Counted from the first letter of the stretch, positions 37,418 to 47,765 are shown. The stretch: DNA of 64,000 nt from Pyrinomonadaceae bacterium (GCA_041747575.1 JBGTEX010000034.1:1560-65559); one strand, 5' to 3'. The notes: generated from the sequence alone by a model not told the origin. Made by a program: numbers and translations.

Positions 37418-39219
37418 ATCAGATCGAACGGTTCGATTTTTATCTGCGCACGCTTGAGCGTGACGTTGGCGTCGCGGCATATTTCGCGGATATTTTTTAA
37501 TTTTTCGGGCGTCATCTTGCGCACGGAAATCAAAATTTCGGCAATCTCCCTTTCGCGACATATATCCTCAAGGGTTCCGTTGCCGTCAAAAACCCTGAGG
37601 CCGTTTATGACCTTATCCTTTTTTAACGGATCGTCATCGACAAAACCGACGGGCAGATAGTTCCATTCGGGATTGTTGTTGAGTTCGCGTAAGACCATTT
37701 CGCCGCCGTCGCCCGCTCCGTAAATAAGTACTTTCCGGCCGTCACCCGAAATCGGCAGCGGCAAAATTTGCCGGATAACGCGAAAGGCCATCCGGCTGCC
37801 GACAATCGCCAGAAGCAAAAGCAGGCCGTCCAATATAAAGACCGTCCGTGAAAACCCCTGAAATCGATAGATCAGCAAAACGGCCAAAACGCTCAGCGCC
37901 GACCCCAGCAAAACGCCTTTAGTAAAGGTTATAAAATCAGCGATACTGGTATATCGCCACAGGCCTCGATAAACGCCGACAGCGAGAAATGAGCCTAATT
38001 TTATCAGTATCAAAAGCGGCAATGTCCTGAGAAACAGCGTCCAGCTGCTTGAGTCCTCAAACGAGCGGTACAACAGCGCCCATGCCGAATAATAGGAAAG
38101 CGTGATCAGAAATGCATCGAGAAAAACCTCAAACACGCGTCGTTTGTACGAAACGTTTACAAGGAATGCAAACACGGCGTTTTCCTGTTTTGCCTGTTCG
38201 TCTTCGCCGCCCTCGTAAACCCTGACCTTGGAAAGATAAACGCCGACAATGACCAATGCAAGAGTAAAAAAGCCGATCAGTCCAAAACTCTTTACCGGCC
38301 CGATCTGCCCAACCAGCAAAGCCAGCGTACCGGCGACAACCGCAAAGCCGTAAAGCATCAAAACAGCTGTCCGCTCAGTCAATCCCAGGGCGACAAGCCG
38401 GTGCGATGTGTGGTCGCGGCCGCCTTGAGACGCTTTCCGGCCCCATAGTTTGCGCAAGACCGTGACAAATGTCGTGTCAAATATCGGCACAAAAAGTATC
38501 AAAACCGGCACGGCCAAAATAGCCACGATCCCGCGCGAACGACCGCCGACCTGATTAAGCAAAACCGAACCGGAAAGCAAAAAGCCGACAAACATCGACC
38601 CGCAATCACCCATAAAAATAGATGCGGGGTTAAAATTAAAGACGAGAAAACCGACGAGTGCCCCGATAAAAGCGCTCGTCAAAAGCAATTCGTTTGTCAG
38701 CCCGTTCGCAGCAAAATTAACGGCCAGCGAAAAGGCGGCAATGGCCGAAATACCCGCAGCCAGGCCGTCCATATTATCAAGCAGATTTATGGCGTTTGTG
38801 ATGCCGATCACCCAAAAAACCGTGATCCAGATGTCAATGATCTCAAAACCGGTGAGCGGCAGCTTTAGACCCGAAAGCACCAGAATTCCGGCTCCGATCA
38901 ATTGCCCGATCAGCTTTTGATACGGACGTATGCTGACAAGATCGTCAATCAACCCGACAAGAAATAAAAATGCGCTGCCGCCGATAACGACCAGCGATTC
39001 GTGTGTGACCGGAACCAGGAGAAAATAAATTGCCGTCGTCGCGGCAAATATTGCTACGCCGCCGAGCATCGCCGTCGGCCGTTTGTGCCATCGGTCAGAT
39101 TTTGGTTTGGCGACGTAGCCGCCGCGCACGGCAAAAGCCCTCACGGCAAAGGTGCAAATTACCGAGAGCATCGCCGCAGCGGCGCCGACAAAAATCGGGT
39201 TTGAAGTCAAACCGGGCAT
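37414..39219 (-). CDS. MraY/WecA-like polyprenyl-phosphate sugar-1-phosphate transferase fused to a C-terminal TM + CoA-binding-like (WbpM/CapD N-terminal type) module
   Basis: 601 aa. TNAINLLDNMDGLAAG and FMGDCGSMFVGF are MraY/WecA family motifs. The C-terminal part, KVLIYGAGDGGEMVLRELNNNPEWNYLPVGFVDDDPLKKDKVINGLRV, resembles the N-terminal regulatory domain of polysaccharide biosynthesis proteins. Confidence 0.75.
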   Translation of the reverse strand: MPGLTSNPIFVGAAAAMLSVICTFAVRAFAVRGGYVAKPKSDRWHKRPTAMLGGVAIFAATTAIYFLLVPVTHESLVVIGGSAFLFLVGLIDDLVSIRPYQKLIGQLIGAGILVLSGLKLPLTGFEIIDIWITVFWVIGITNAINLLDNMDGLAAGISAIAAFSLAVNFAANGLTNELLLTSAFIGALVGFLVFNFNPASIFMGDCGSMFVGFLLSGSVLLNQVGGRSRGIVAILAVPVLILFVPIFDTTFVTVLRKLWGRKASQGGRDHTSHRLVALGLTERTAVLMLYGFAVVAGTLALLVGQIGPVKSFGLIGFFTLALVIVGVYLSKVRVYEGGEDEQAKQENAVFAFLVNVSYKRRVFEVFLDAFLITLSYYSAWALLYRSFEDSSSWTLFLRTLPLLILIKLGSFLAVGVYRGLWRYTSIADFITFTKGVLLGSALSVLAVLLIYRFQGFSRTVFILDGLLLLLAIVGSRMAFRVIRQILPLPISGDGRKVLIYGAGDGGEMVLRELNNNPEWNYLPVGFVDDDPLKKDKVINGLRVFDGNGTLEDICREREIAEILISVRKMTPEKLKNIREICRDANVTLKRAQIKIEPFDLI

Positions 39220-39247
39220 AAATCCAAATTCTGATTATCGCAAAAAA

Positions 39248-40531
39248 TCATCCGTTTTGCGTCTTTTTATCAAAGGCCTTGATGCGTTCGGCGTGGCGGT
39301 CGAGCAGCATTTGATAGACGCCGGAAATATCGGCTACCATTTTTTCCGTTCGGAAATCAGGATCGACGTGCCGTCTGCCGTTTTCGCCAAATTTCTTTCT
39401 GAGGCCCTCATCATCGAGCAGACGGACGACGCCATCCGCCAGCCCAACCGAGTCAAAAGCCTTGACGAGATAGCCCGTGTAATCATCGATCACGACTTCG
39501 CGGGCACCGTCAATGTCGAATGAAACGCACGGTTTGCCCATCGCCAGCGATTGCGGTAAAACACGGGCGAGCCCCTCACGAAGCGAGGTGTGGACGACGA
39601 CGTCCATCGCCGAGATCATTTCGGGAATCCGTGTCCGGTCGATCAGCCCCGCAAAAACAAAATTTTCGAGAATGCCGTATTTTTTTGCCCGATCCTGTAG
39701 ATGTCCGAGCAGCATACCGTCACCGATCAGAAAAAATCTGACATTTGGGACGCGTTTTACGATCTCAGGTGCGGCATCCATCAGCTGATCGTGACCCTTT
39801 AGCGGGAAGAGACGCGCGATCTTGCCGACAACCGGCGAATCGGGCGGTATGCCAAATTCCTGTTTTATACTGCCCGCGTCAAATCTTGCGTTTAAAAACC
39901 AATCAAGCTCCATGCCGCTGTAAACGGTGCGAAACTTTTCAGGTTTGTCGATGCCGGCGGCGATGGCCTTTTCTGAAATCACGCTCGAGACGCTGATAAA
40001 AAAATCGGTAACGCGAGCACAGATCTTTTTCGTGAGCCACCACGCGCGATTTACTAACCACGGCTGATAGTCGTGAAAAACAAGGCTGTGGAGCGTGTGT
40101 ACGATGAGCGGCGTTCCAACGGCCGACGCCGCAAGCCGGCCAAGGACACCGGCCTTTGACGAATGTGTATGAACGATGTGATAGCGGCCTTTTTTTATCA
40201 AACGGTAAAGTTTCCAAAACGCGGCAAGGTCAGAAAACGGGTTTATATTACGACCCATTTCGGGCAAAACAACCAGCTTCGCCGTCTCGCGCGCCTGCGA
40301 GAGCAATTCGCCTTCGCGGCCCTTGTCGATACCGCTGACCAGCGTCACATCATATTCGGCCATCGCGTCGAGACCGACGACCGACAGGAGCGTATTCTCC
40401 TGCGCACCCCCAACAATCATGCGGGTGATGATGTGGAGCACGCGAATAGGCGCTAATCTTGTATTATGGTCCATACTGTTATGAATAATCGGCTGCCCTG
40501 ACCTGGCTGCTTCAGCAAGCGCCGATTCCAT
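39248..40531 (-). CDS. glycosyltransferase (GT4-type, GT-B fold)
   Basis: 427-aa ORF with IRVLHIITRMIVGGAQ, HTHSSKAGVLGRLAA and HTSLREGLARVLPQSLAMGKPCVS. The true start may be internal (MDHNTRL, 40474). Confidence 0.8.
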   Translation of the reverse strand: MESALAEAARSGQPIIHNSMDHNTRLAPIRVLHIITRMIVGGAQENTLLSVVGLDAMAEYDVTLVSGIDKGREGELLSQARETAKLVVLPEMGRNINPFSDLAAFWKLYRLIKKGRYHIVHTHSSKAGVLGRLAASAVGTPLIVHTLHSLVFHDYQPWLVNRAWWLTKKICARVTDFFISVSSVISEKAIAAGIDKPEKFRTVYSGMELDWFLNARFDAGSIKQEFGIPPDSPVVGKIARLFPLKGHDQLMDAAPEIVKRVPNVRFFLIGDGMLLGHLQDRAKKYGILENFVFAGLIDRTRIPEMISAMDVVVHTSLREGLARVLPQSLAMGKPCVSFDIDGAREVVIDDYTGYLVKAFDSVGLADGVVRLLDDEGLRKKFGENGRRHVDPDFRTEKMVADISGVYQMLLDRHAERIKAFDKKTQNG

Positions 40532-40911
40532 CCCCCCGACGCAAATACCTCTGCTTTGTCCGGCCCGCCGTGGTCCGCCCCATACCCCAAAAACTCTGCA
40601 ATCTCAGATGCCTGCTTTCCCATATTTAGAAGCGACAGTGTATGCCCTGTCTATCTCCTTTAGTCTTCTTCATTGAAATCCTTCAGAAATTTCACCTGCT
40701 CCGGTGTAAGATCAATTGTAGCCTGCTTCATACAAGATAGACATATTACACGATCCTGCATATTATGCACCACAAATACTTTGGCTCTGATCCACACCGT
40801 GCAGTTCAATCCTGAGGTATCTCTTCCAACGGTTCGTAAAGAAAATCTCGAAAAATTTCATCTCCAGAACGCACCGGCGATAGCGGCTATATGCCGCTTC
40901 GCGGAAGGCCC

Positions 40912-40935
40912 CATAAATTAGGCTGATTTTCCCGG
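40912..40935. repeat. short copy of the CATAAAT(G/T)AGGCTGAT repeat (copy 1)
   Basis: CATAAATTAGGCTGATTTTCCCGG. It matches copies 2 and 3 but lacks their central ~12 nt. Confidence 0.5.
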
Positions 40936-40993
40936 TCTAATCTAGCAAATGCGGAGAATGACAGCTATAATCTCCGCAGGAGACGCGGAGATT

Positions 40994-41269
40994 ATGACCT
41001 ACATCCATGAGTTGAGTGACTGGCCTAAGTTTTATTGGCAGGATGATGTTTTGGCAAAGAATCTGGCAAGCGTTCGGCATCGACAAGGCAGGTTGATCGG
41101 TCGAATGGAATCGCCTGGATTTCAATTGCGCGAGGAATCGGTCCTTCGCACTCCTACCGAAGAGGTCGTCAAATCAAGCGACATTGAAGGCGAGATACTT
41201 GACAGGGATCAGGTTAGATCGTCGTTAAAACGGGCTGACAACCTTTCCCATTCTTACTCCACGCCCTAA
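40994..41269 (+). pseudogene. Fic-family protein, N-terminal (DUF4172-type) fragment only
   Basis: MTYIHELSDWPKFYWQDDVLAKNLASVRHRQGRLIGRMESPGFQLREESVLRTPTEEVVKSSDIEGEILDRDQVRSSL matches the conserved N-terminus of ~370-aa Fic/DOC proteins. It then diverges and stops, and no Fic core motif HxFx(D/E)GNGR is present. Confidence 0.7.
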
Positions 41270-41304
41270 AGGGGCGTGGCTATGTGCAGATTCCCGAAAA
41301 GCCT

Positions 41305-41352
41305 CATAAATGAGGCTGATTTTTCTAGTGCATAATCCCGGTTAAAGAAAAA
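41305..41352. repeat. CATAAATGAGGCTGAT repeat, copy 2 (includes terminator-like hairpin AGCCTCA-TAAA-TGAGGCT + T-run)
   Basis: CATAAATGAGGCTGATTTTTCTAGTGCATAATCCCGGTTAAAGAAAAA. About 85 percent identical to 47834..47880. Confidence 0.65.
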
Positions 41353-41388
41353 GGCGCCCATGTGGACCCTTAATTTATTGAAATAGAA

Positions 41389-41464
41389 TGGTGATCCGAC
41401 CAGGACTCGAACCTGGGACCCAATGGTTAAAAGCCATTTGCTCTACCGACTGAGCTATCGGACC
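41389..41464 (-). tRNA. tRNA-Lys (anticodon UUU)
   Basis: The reverse complement is GGTCCGATAGCTCAGTCGGTAGAGCAAATGGCTTTTAACCATTGGGTCCCAGGTTCGAGTCCTGGTCGGATCACCA. Acceptor stem GGTCCGA/TCGGATC, D arm GCTC/GAGC, anticodon stem AATGG/CCATT with loop CTTTTAA, T arm CCAGG-TTCGAGT-CCTGG, and an encoded CCA. Confidence 0.95.
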
Positions 41465-41574
41465 ACGGCGGCCTTTTGATAGCCCGCACCTGAGTGTAGG
41501 CATTTCCTGGCCGAACTGAAGATTCTACCGATTGCAGCCGCAATTGGCAAGTAAAGGCCAAAAAAAATGATCAG

Positions 41575-42885
41575 CTATTGGAACCACCCTTCCATAATGG
41601 AATTTTGGATAATAATAGTCTGATCTCTTTCAGGCCCGGTTGAAATCAGTCCGATCTCGACGCCGATTTGGGCGGAAAGGAATTTGACATAGCGTTGTGC
41701 GTTCTCCGGCAGGTTATCAAAACCGGTCGTCCCAACCGTATCGCTCATCCATCCCGGCAGCTTTTCATAGATCGGTTTTATCTGGCGCAGCTCTGATGAA
41801 ACGGCCGGAAATGTATCGACACGTTTCCCGCCTATCTCATAGCCGACGCATACATTGATGGTTTCGAGGGCGTCGAGCACGTCCAGCTTGGTCAGAGCCA
41901 CCGAATCAAATCCGTTCAGCTCCGCAGCATATCGTGTCGCGACGGCGTCAAACCAGCCGCAGCGTCGCGGGCGTTTTGTCACCGATCCATATTCGTTTCC
42001 GCGCTCGCGGATGAGATTTGCGATAGCCTCTTCCGTATCGACCATTTCCGTCGGAAAGGGGCCTTCGCCGACGCGGGTGGCGTAGGTGCGGACGATGCCG
42101 AGCACGCCGGTGATGTGATGCGGCGGTATTCCCGCTCCAACAGAAGCTCCGCCGGCGGTCGGGTTTGACGATGTGACATACGGATATGTTCCGTGATCGA
42201 CGTCAAGCAGCGTTGCCTGAGCACCTTCGAGCAATATTTTTTTATCAGATTTTCGCGCCTCGGCGAGAAAATGCGACGTTTCGCAAACAAAAGGCCTGAG
42301 ACGTTCGACGAGCGGGCCGATCTCTTCTAAAATTTCGTCGGCGCGCAGCGGTTGATTGCCATAGAGAGCAATTATTCTATTCGCCTCTTCCAGGTTACGT
42401 TCGATTCGCAGCTTTAACAGTTCCGGTGACAACGCATCCGCAACCCGAATTCCGCGCCGGCCCGCCTTGTCCTCATACGCCGGCCCGATGCCACGAAGAG
42501 TTGTGCCGATCTTTTCGTTGCCGAGCCTTTCCTCAGACGTGTGATCGAGTGCCCGGTGATAGGGCATTATCAGATGCGCTCGGCTCGAAACCTTGAGCCT
42601 TTCAGGCGTTACCAAAATCCCTTTCTCAGCGATCTGATCGATCTCCTCGAAAAAGGCTTTCGGATCGATCACCATGCCGTTGCCAAGCACACAGGTTTTG
42701 TCCGCGTGAATTATGCCTGACGGTAAAAGCCTCAAAACAAAGGCTTTGTCGCCGACATAAACGCTATGGCCGGCATTATGCCCGCCTTGATAGCGCGACA
42801 CTATGTCGAACCGGTCAGCAAGCAAATCGACGACCTTGCCTTTTCCTTCGTCACCCCATTGGGCTCCGATTATTACAATTATCAT
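41575..42885 (-). CDS. purA: adenylosuccinate synthase
   Basis: Track ORF 41575..43032. The conserved N-terminus MIIVIIGAQWGDEGKGK begins at ATG 42885, and the longer form would overlap glgA. Confidence 0.95.
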   Translation of the reverse strand: MIIVIIGAQWGDEGKGKVVDLLADRFDIVSRYQGGHNAGHSVYVGDKAFVLRLLPSGIIHADKTCVLGNGMVIDPKAFFEEIDQIAEKGILVTPERLKVSSRAHLIMPYHRALDHTSEERLGNEKIGTTLRGIGPAYEDKAGRRGIRVADALSPELLKLRIERNLEEANRIIALYGNQPLRADEILEEIGPLVERLRPFVCETSHFLAEARKSDKKILLEGAQATLLDVDHGTYPYVTSSNPTAGGASVGAGIPPHHITGVLGIVRTYATRVGEGPFPTEMVDTEEAIANLIRERGNEYGSVTKRPRRCGWFDAVATRYAAELNGFDSVALTKLDVLDALETINVCVGYEIGGKRVDTFPAVSSELRQIKPIYEKLPGWMSDTVGTTGFDNLPENAQRYVKFLSAQIGVEIGLISTGPERDQTIIIQNSIMEGWFQ

Positions 42886-42910
42886 AAAAGAATAACTTCC
42901 GTACGTCTTA

Positions 42911-44335
42911 CTATCGTCCAAGCGTCCATCGATAAAGTTCGACGTAATTTCTCGCTGCGTTCTCCCAGGAATTATCGATAGCCATGCCGTTTTGCCGGAT
43001 TTTCGCCCAAGACTCTTTATCAGCGTAGGCAAAACGTGCTTCGTAAATCTTTTCGAGCAGTTTAACGCTGCTGAAATCGGTAAATTTGAAGCCGTTTCCC
43101 GTGCCGCTCACGGCGTCCCAATTCTGTACCGTATCGTCAAGACCGCCGACCGCACGGACTATCGGAACGGTGCCGTATCTCAATGAATACATTTGGTTTA
43201 ACCCGCACGGCTCAAACTTTGAAGGCATCAGGAACATATCGGCTCCGGCTTCGATCAGATGTGCCAGCGACTCATTATAACCAATATAAACGCCGACACG
43301 CGAAGGTGCATAATCGCGAAGAGCCTGAAGGAAGCTTTCCGAATCTTTTTCACCCGAACCGAGCGCAATAAAAAAACCGCCCGAGGCCAAAATCTCGCTC
43401 GCACCCTGCCTTATCAGTTCGACGCCTTTCTGAGAAGTAAGCCGTGTGACGCTGGCAAAAACAGGACGGTCAAGTTCGGGCGGCAGGCTGAAATTCTCGA
43501 GTAAAACGCGCTTACATTCCCGCTTTCCCGACAGATCATCAATGGAAAAATGGGCCGGCAGCTCGCGGTCAGTTTCCGGATTCCAAACTTCATAATCGAC
43601 GCCGTTGGTTATGCCGATCAGGTGATCGGAGCGCATCCGCGTAAGCCAATCGAGGCCATAGCCGAATTCGCTGGTTTGTATCTCGTAGGCATAGCGTTTT
43701 GAAACGGTCGAGAGCGTATCCGAAACTTCGAGTCCCGCCTTTAGCGCCGATGCGTAACCGTTGAAATTAAAACTATTGCGGGCAAAATCGCTGATAAATC
43801 CGAGCGACGGCAGTTCATCCATAGCAAAACCGCCCTGGTAGGCCATGTTGTGAAGTGAGAAAACCGTCCGCGTATTTTGCCAATACGGTTCGCAAACGCG
43901 GCGGGCGGCAAGTTCTACTGCGGCAAATCCGCAATGCCAATCGTTAAGATGAACAATATCCGGTGCCGGACCGATCCGCTCGATCAGGGCCAGCGCCGCG
44001 TGGTTAAAGAATGCAAACCGCTCGTAATCTTCGGTATAACCGTAGATCGAATCTCGGTGAAAGAACGACGGCGCGTCGATCAAAAATGTCGGCGAACCGT
44101 TCGCCTCGCTATAAAATGCCTTTGCATGATATTGTCGTCCACGCCACGATACATAGAGATCGTCTATCGCGGTACTCCATAAATATTCGCTTTTCGTTTG
44201 CCAATAACAAGGCGTTATCAAGAGCGAATCAACACCGATCTGCCGCAGAGCTTTTGGCAACGCCCCCGCGACGTCGCCAAGACCACCGGTTTTGGAATAG
44301 GGAACTGCTTCTGATGAAATGACAGCAACGCGCAC
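42911..44335 (-). CDS. glgA: glycogen synthase (GT5)
   Basis: 474 aa. MRVAVISSEAVPYSKTGGLGDVAGALPKAL, plus C-terminal PSKFEPCGLNQMY. Confidence 0.9.
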   Translation of the reverse strand: MRVAVISSEAVPYSKTGGLGDVAGALPKALRQIGVDSLLITPCYWQTKSEYLWSTAIDDLYVSWRGRQYHAKAFYSEANGSPTFLIDAPSFFHRDSIYGYTEDYERFAFFNHAALALIERIGPAPDIVHLNDWHCGFAAVELAARRVCEPYWQNTRTVFSLHNMAYQGGFAMDELPSLGFISDFARNSFNFNGYASALKAGLEVSDTLSTVSKRYAYEIQTSEFGYGLDWLTRMRSDHLIGITNGVDYEVWNPETDRELPAHFSIDDLSGKRECKRVLLENFSLPPELDRPVFASVTRLTSQKGVELIRQGASEILASGGFFIALGSGEKDSESFLQALRDYAPSRVGVYIGYNESLAHLIEAGADMFLMPSKFEPCGLNQMYSLRYGTVPIVRAVGGLDDTVQNWDAVSGTGNGFKFTDFSSVKLLEKIYEARFAYADKESWAKIRQNGMAIDNSWENAARNYVELYRWTLGR

Positions 44336-44462
44336 GGTAGTATTCGTCTTCTAAATGATTTGAATTGAAAATCGTTAATCTTTCTTATATAGTGTATCCG
44401 TCAGCTCATTATTCGTCCATCAGTTACGGCACCCATTCGTATCACTACCGGCTACCAATCTT

Positions 44463-45341
44463 ATGAGAATCTTACTAAGCCTCAATATCGCGATTTTATT
44501 TCTAGGTTTCTTCGCCACGGCCACTGCTCGCGCTCAGGACTGGGTAGCCTACGTCGATTCCGGAAATAACATTTGGTTTCAAGCACCGAAGGATGGGATT
44601 GTCAACCAAATTGAAAACAACTCAATCCTAAGTACGTTTTACGACGGCACCAGCATTACCATAACCAAAAGCGACGTGAACATTGATTCAAAAAAGATGG
44701 TAAAAAATGACCGGCCGCGAACTAGGCCTGGAGGAACTGCAAATGTTTACGAGACTAAAGATGCGTTTGTGAGGCGAATCGAAGAAAGCCTGCATGATGA
44801 AAAGTACGTAACAGTATATGCGGGATTGAAGAATGCCTATTTTGTGATTGCGGTAAAAGGACGAAAGGAAAGTCCCGTTATTGATCGGTTCTTAAACTCA
44901 ATCAGATTCAAGGGCGGTAATCCATTTCCGACTTTAAACGAATCGATAACGGCGTTTAACAAGCTGCCAAACAGTCCCGAAACTGAAAAATGGCTCAAGA
45001 ACAATCATCAAGGAAACGAAAAGCCGAGATTTGAAAAGATCAATAATTTCTTGCCTCTTGGCCTTCATTTGCTAACCCGTGATCTCATCATCATTAGAAA
45101 ACCTCGGCCGGGTTATACGGACGAAGCAAGAACCAGGGATGTTCAAGGAACTTTCAAGGCGAACGTTGAGTTTTTGAAGACGGGCATCATAGGAAGTGTC
45201 GTCGTTGACACCGCTGCGACTCACGGTTTAGGAGGGCAAATAGCACGAGCCATTAAGCGTATCAAGTTCATTCCGGCACAGGCTAACGGCGTCAATGTTG
45301 ATGTCATACGAACGATCGAGTATTCATTTACAATATATTGA
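44463..45341 (+). CDS. secreted protein with TonB C-terminal-like domain
   Basis: 292 aa with a signal peptide. C-terminal PRPGYTDEARTRDVQGTFKANVEFLKTGIIGSVVV...AIKRIKFIPAQANGVNVDV. Visibly AT-rich. Confidence 0.55.
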   Translation: MRILLSLNIAILFLGFFATATARAQDWVAYVDSGNNIWFQAPKDGIVNQIENNSILSTFYDGTSITITKSDVNIDSKKMVKNDRPRTRPGGTANVYETKDAFVRRIEESLHDEKYVTVYAGLKNAYFVIAVKGRKESPVIDRFLNSIRFKGGNPFPTLNESITAFNKLPNSPETEKWLKNNHQGNEKPRFEKINNFLPLGLHLLTRDLIIIRKPRPGYTDEARTRDVQGTFKANVEFLKTGIIGSVVVDTAATHGLGGQIARAIKRIKFIPAQANGVNVDVIRTIEYSFTIY

Positions 45342-45370
45342 GCTAACTCGACAACTAACCCTTGATTTAA

Positions 45371-45399
45371 CCAAAAACTCAGTCCAGTTTTTTACTGAG
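45371..45399 (-). terminator. candidate intrinsic terminator downstream of rho
   Basis: On the minus strand: CTCAGT-AAAAAACTGG-ACTGAG followed by TTTTTGG. The stem is only 6 bp. Confidence 0.4.
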
Positions 45400-45543
45400 G
45401 AATCCTTACAATCGCTATCACCCTTGCGAATCGCGGGCATCATCGTGCCTCGATTTGTGAAATATAATGAAACGTCTTCACCAAAGTCGCGTTTACATCA
45501 AAAACGTTCGCACGGCTTGAGGAGAAAACAATACTAGGCAGAA

Positions 45544-46950
45544 CTACGTCTGCATCGACGCCAGGAATTCGGCGTTTGTCTTGGTTTTTGAAAGGCGTTC
45601 GAGGACGACCTCCATCTGCTCGACGGGCGAGAGCGGATTTAGAACTCGGCGCATGACCCAGATACGGGCGAGATTTTCTTTGTCGATCAGCAATTCCTCT
45701 TTTCTTGTACCGGAACGCTGCAGATCGATCGCCGGGAAAAGACGTTTGTCCGAAAGTTTTCGGTCGAGGATAATTTCCGAGTTGCCGGTTCCCTTAAACT
45801 CCTCAAAAATAACGTCATCCATACGCGAACCCGTGTCGATCAGCGCCGTTGCAATGATGGTCAGGCTGCCGCCTTCTTCGATATTTCGTGCCGCACCAAA
45901 AAAACGCTTTGGCCTTTGCAGCGCATTCGAATCGATACCTCCCGACAGAATTTTCCCCGACGGCGGAACGACCGCATTGTGTGCGCGGGCGAGACGCGTG
46001 ATCGAGTCGAGCAAGATGACGACGTCGCGTTTGTGCTCGACCAGCCGTTTGGCTTTTTCGATGACCATGTCGGCGACCTGTACGTGGCGGGTCGGCGGCT
46101 CGTCAAAGGTTGACGAAATCACCTCGCCCTTGACCGAGCGCTGCATATCGGTGACTTCCTCGGGGCGTTCATCTATGAGCAGGACGATCAGTGTGACCTC
46201 GGGGTGATTTTCAGTGATCGAATTTGCGATCGTCTGCAAAAGCATTGTTTTGCCCGTTCGCGGCGGTGCGACGATCAGAGCTCGTTGGCCTTTGCCGATC
46301 GGCGTCACCAAATCCATGACACGTGCCGATATCTTGCTCGGGTCGGTCTCTATCTCGAGATTTAACTGCTCATCCGGGTAAAGCGGCGTCAGATTGTCAA
46401 AAAATATTTTTTCGCGCGACTGTTCCGGCGCCTCAAAATTGATCGCCTCTACCTTAATCAGGGCAAAGTATCGCTCGCCTTCCTTCGGCGGTCTGATCTG
46501 GCCTGAGACCGTATCACCGGTACGAAGATCAAACTTGCGAATCTGCGAAGGGCTGACGTAAATATCATCGGGACCGGGCAGATAATTGTATTCGGGTGCA
46601 CGCAGAAATCCGAATCCGTCGGGCAGCGTTTCAAGAACGCCCTCTGAAAATATCAGGCCGCTTTTTTCGGTTTGGGCGGCCAGCACCTTAAAGATAAGTT
46701 CCTGTTTGCGCAAGCCGGTCGCGCCTTCGATACCCATTTCCTTGCCGATATGTGTCAGTTCGCTAATCGACATGTCCTTGAGACCGGCGAGATTCAGCAT
46801 CACTTCTTCAGATTTTGAACTATTGCCTTCGGGTTCCTTCTCCTTGGCGGTACCATTTAGAGATTCTATCTCTTCGACAGGAGTTTCGACGGTTTCAACT
46901 GAGGATTTTGAGCTCTTAGGCTTACGGGTTTGTGTGGTTTTAGTGGCCAT
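45544..46950 (-). CDS. rho: transcription termination factor Rho
   Basis: 468 aa. GFGFLR, RNA-binding domain, [18 protein letters not shown] and a conserved C-terminus. Confidence 0.95.
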   Translation of the reverse strand: MATKTTQTRKPKSSKSSVETVETPVEEIESLNGTAKEKEPEGNSSKSEEVMLNLAGLKDMSISELTHIGKEMGIEGATGLRKQELIFKVLAAQTEKSGLIFSEGVLETLPDGFGFLRAPEYNYLPGPDDIYVSPSQIRKFDLRTGDTVSGQIRPPKEGERYFALIKVEAINFEAPEQSREKIFFDNLTPLYPDEQLNLEIETDPSKISARVMDLVTPIGKGQRALIVAPPRTGKTMLLQTIANSITENHPEVTLIVLLIDERPEEVTDMQRSVKGEVISSTFDEPPTRHVQVADMVIEKAKRLVEHKRDVVILLDSITRLARAHNAVVPPSGKILSGGIDSNALQRPKRFFGAARNIEEGGSLTIIATALIDTGSRMDDVIFEEFKGTGNSEIILDRKLSDKRLFPAIDLQRSGTRKEELLIDKENLARIWVMRRVLNPLSPVEQMEVVLERLSKTKTNAEFLASMQT

Positions 46951-47171
46951 TTGTGTGTGTGTGAATCAGAACGTATGAAAAATTAGAAGTAGTCAAAGTG
47001 AGTTTTTAGCAATTTTCCCGCGCATAGACGCGTAGAAGAACTGAAGAGTAATAGAAGCGGAGAAAATCTTAAGGATTGTATGTAGTAAGGCTTAAGAAAC
47101 AAGCCGTATAGCTTCTTCAAAGAATCCTGAATAAAAGGTATTTACATTATTACAGTAAACGATGACAAAAA

Positions 47172-47765
47172 TCAACTAAAATTTAAAGATTTTTTTAGGG
47201 CAGCGTTAATTTCGGTCCAGACGGCTTCGCGGCCGTGTTTCGTCTGAGATGAAAATGTAAGGATTTTAGCACCCGGAAGGGCTTTTTCCGCCGCGCCAAT
47301 AGATTTCTTCACCTCGTTATTAGATATTTTGTCAGCCTTTGTCGCAACTATCAAATGCGGTTTGTCATTAAAAACAAGCCATTCGTTAAGCTGAACATCA
47401 AGAGGCGTGGGTTTGTGGCGAGCATCTATGAGCTGAATACAAAGCGCAAGTTCGGCTCGTTCGGCTAAATATTCCTCAGCCATTTTACCCCAATCCGCCC
47501 GCATCGTTTTTGACACGCGGGCATAACCGTAGCCTGGCAGATCGGTAAAATAAAACCTCTCATTAATCAAAAAAAAATTAATACTTTGTGTGCGTCCCGG
47601 CGTGTTTGACGTTCGTGCAAGGCCCTTTCTGAGCAGCAGCGAATTTATAAGCGAAGATTTGCCGACATTTGAACGCCCCAAAAAAGCGATTTCGCTCAGG
47701 CCGTCCGTCGTCCAATGCCTCTTCTCAAAAGCACTCTTAACAAATTCGGCCGAGGTGATCTTCAT
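47172..47765 (-). CDS. engB: ribosome biogenesis GTPase YsxC/EngB
   Basis: 197 aa. GRSNVGKSSLIN (G1), DLPGYG (G3) and TKADK (G4). Confidence 0.9.
   Translation of the reverse strand: MKITSAEFVKSAFEKRHWTTDGLSEIAFLGRSNVGKSSLINSLLLRKGLARTSNTPGRTQSINFFLINERFYFTDLPGYGYARVSKTMRADWGKMAEEYLAERAELALCIQLIDARHKPTPLDVQLNEWLVFNDKPHLIVATKADKISNNEVKKSIGAAEKALPGAKILTFSSQTKHGREAVWTEINAALKKSLNFS

Noticed and set aside
40454-40731. Tiny minus-strand ORFs MKQATIDLTPEQVKFLKDFNEED (40660..40731) and MGKQASEIAEFLGYG... (from 40623), which look like a split LuxR/sigma-r4-type HTH
   Set aside because: The ORFs are 23 and 56 codons long. The second overlaps the glycosyltransferase start region in another frame. The similarity rests on about a dozen residues. 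They are mentioned only as possible debris in the tRNA-adjacent finding.
42886-43032. 49-codon N-terminal extension of purA in the ORF track
   Set aside because: The universally conserved PurA N-terminus (MIIVIIGAQWGDEGKGK) starts at 42885, and the extension would overlap the 3' end of glgA.
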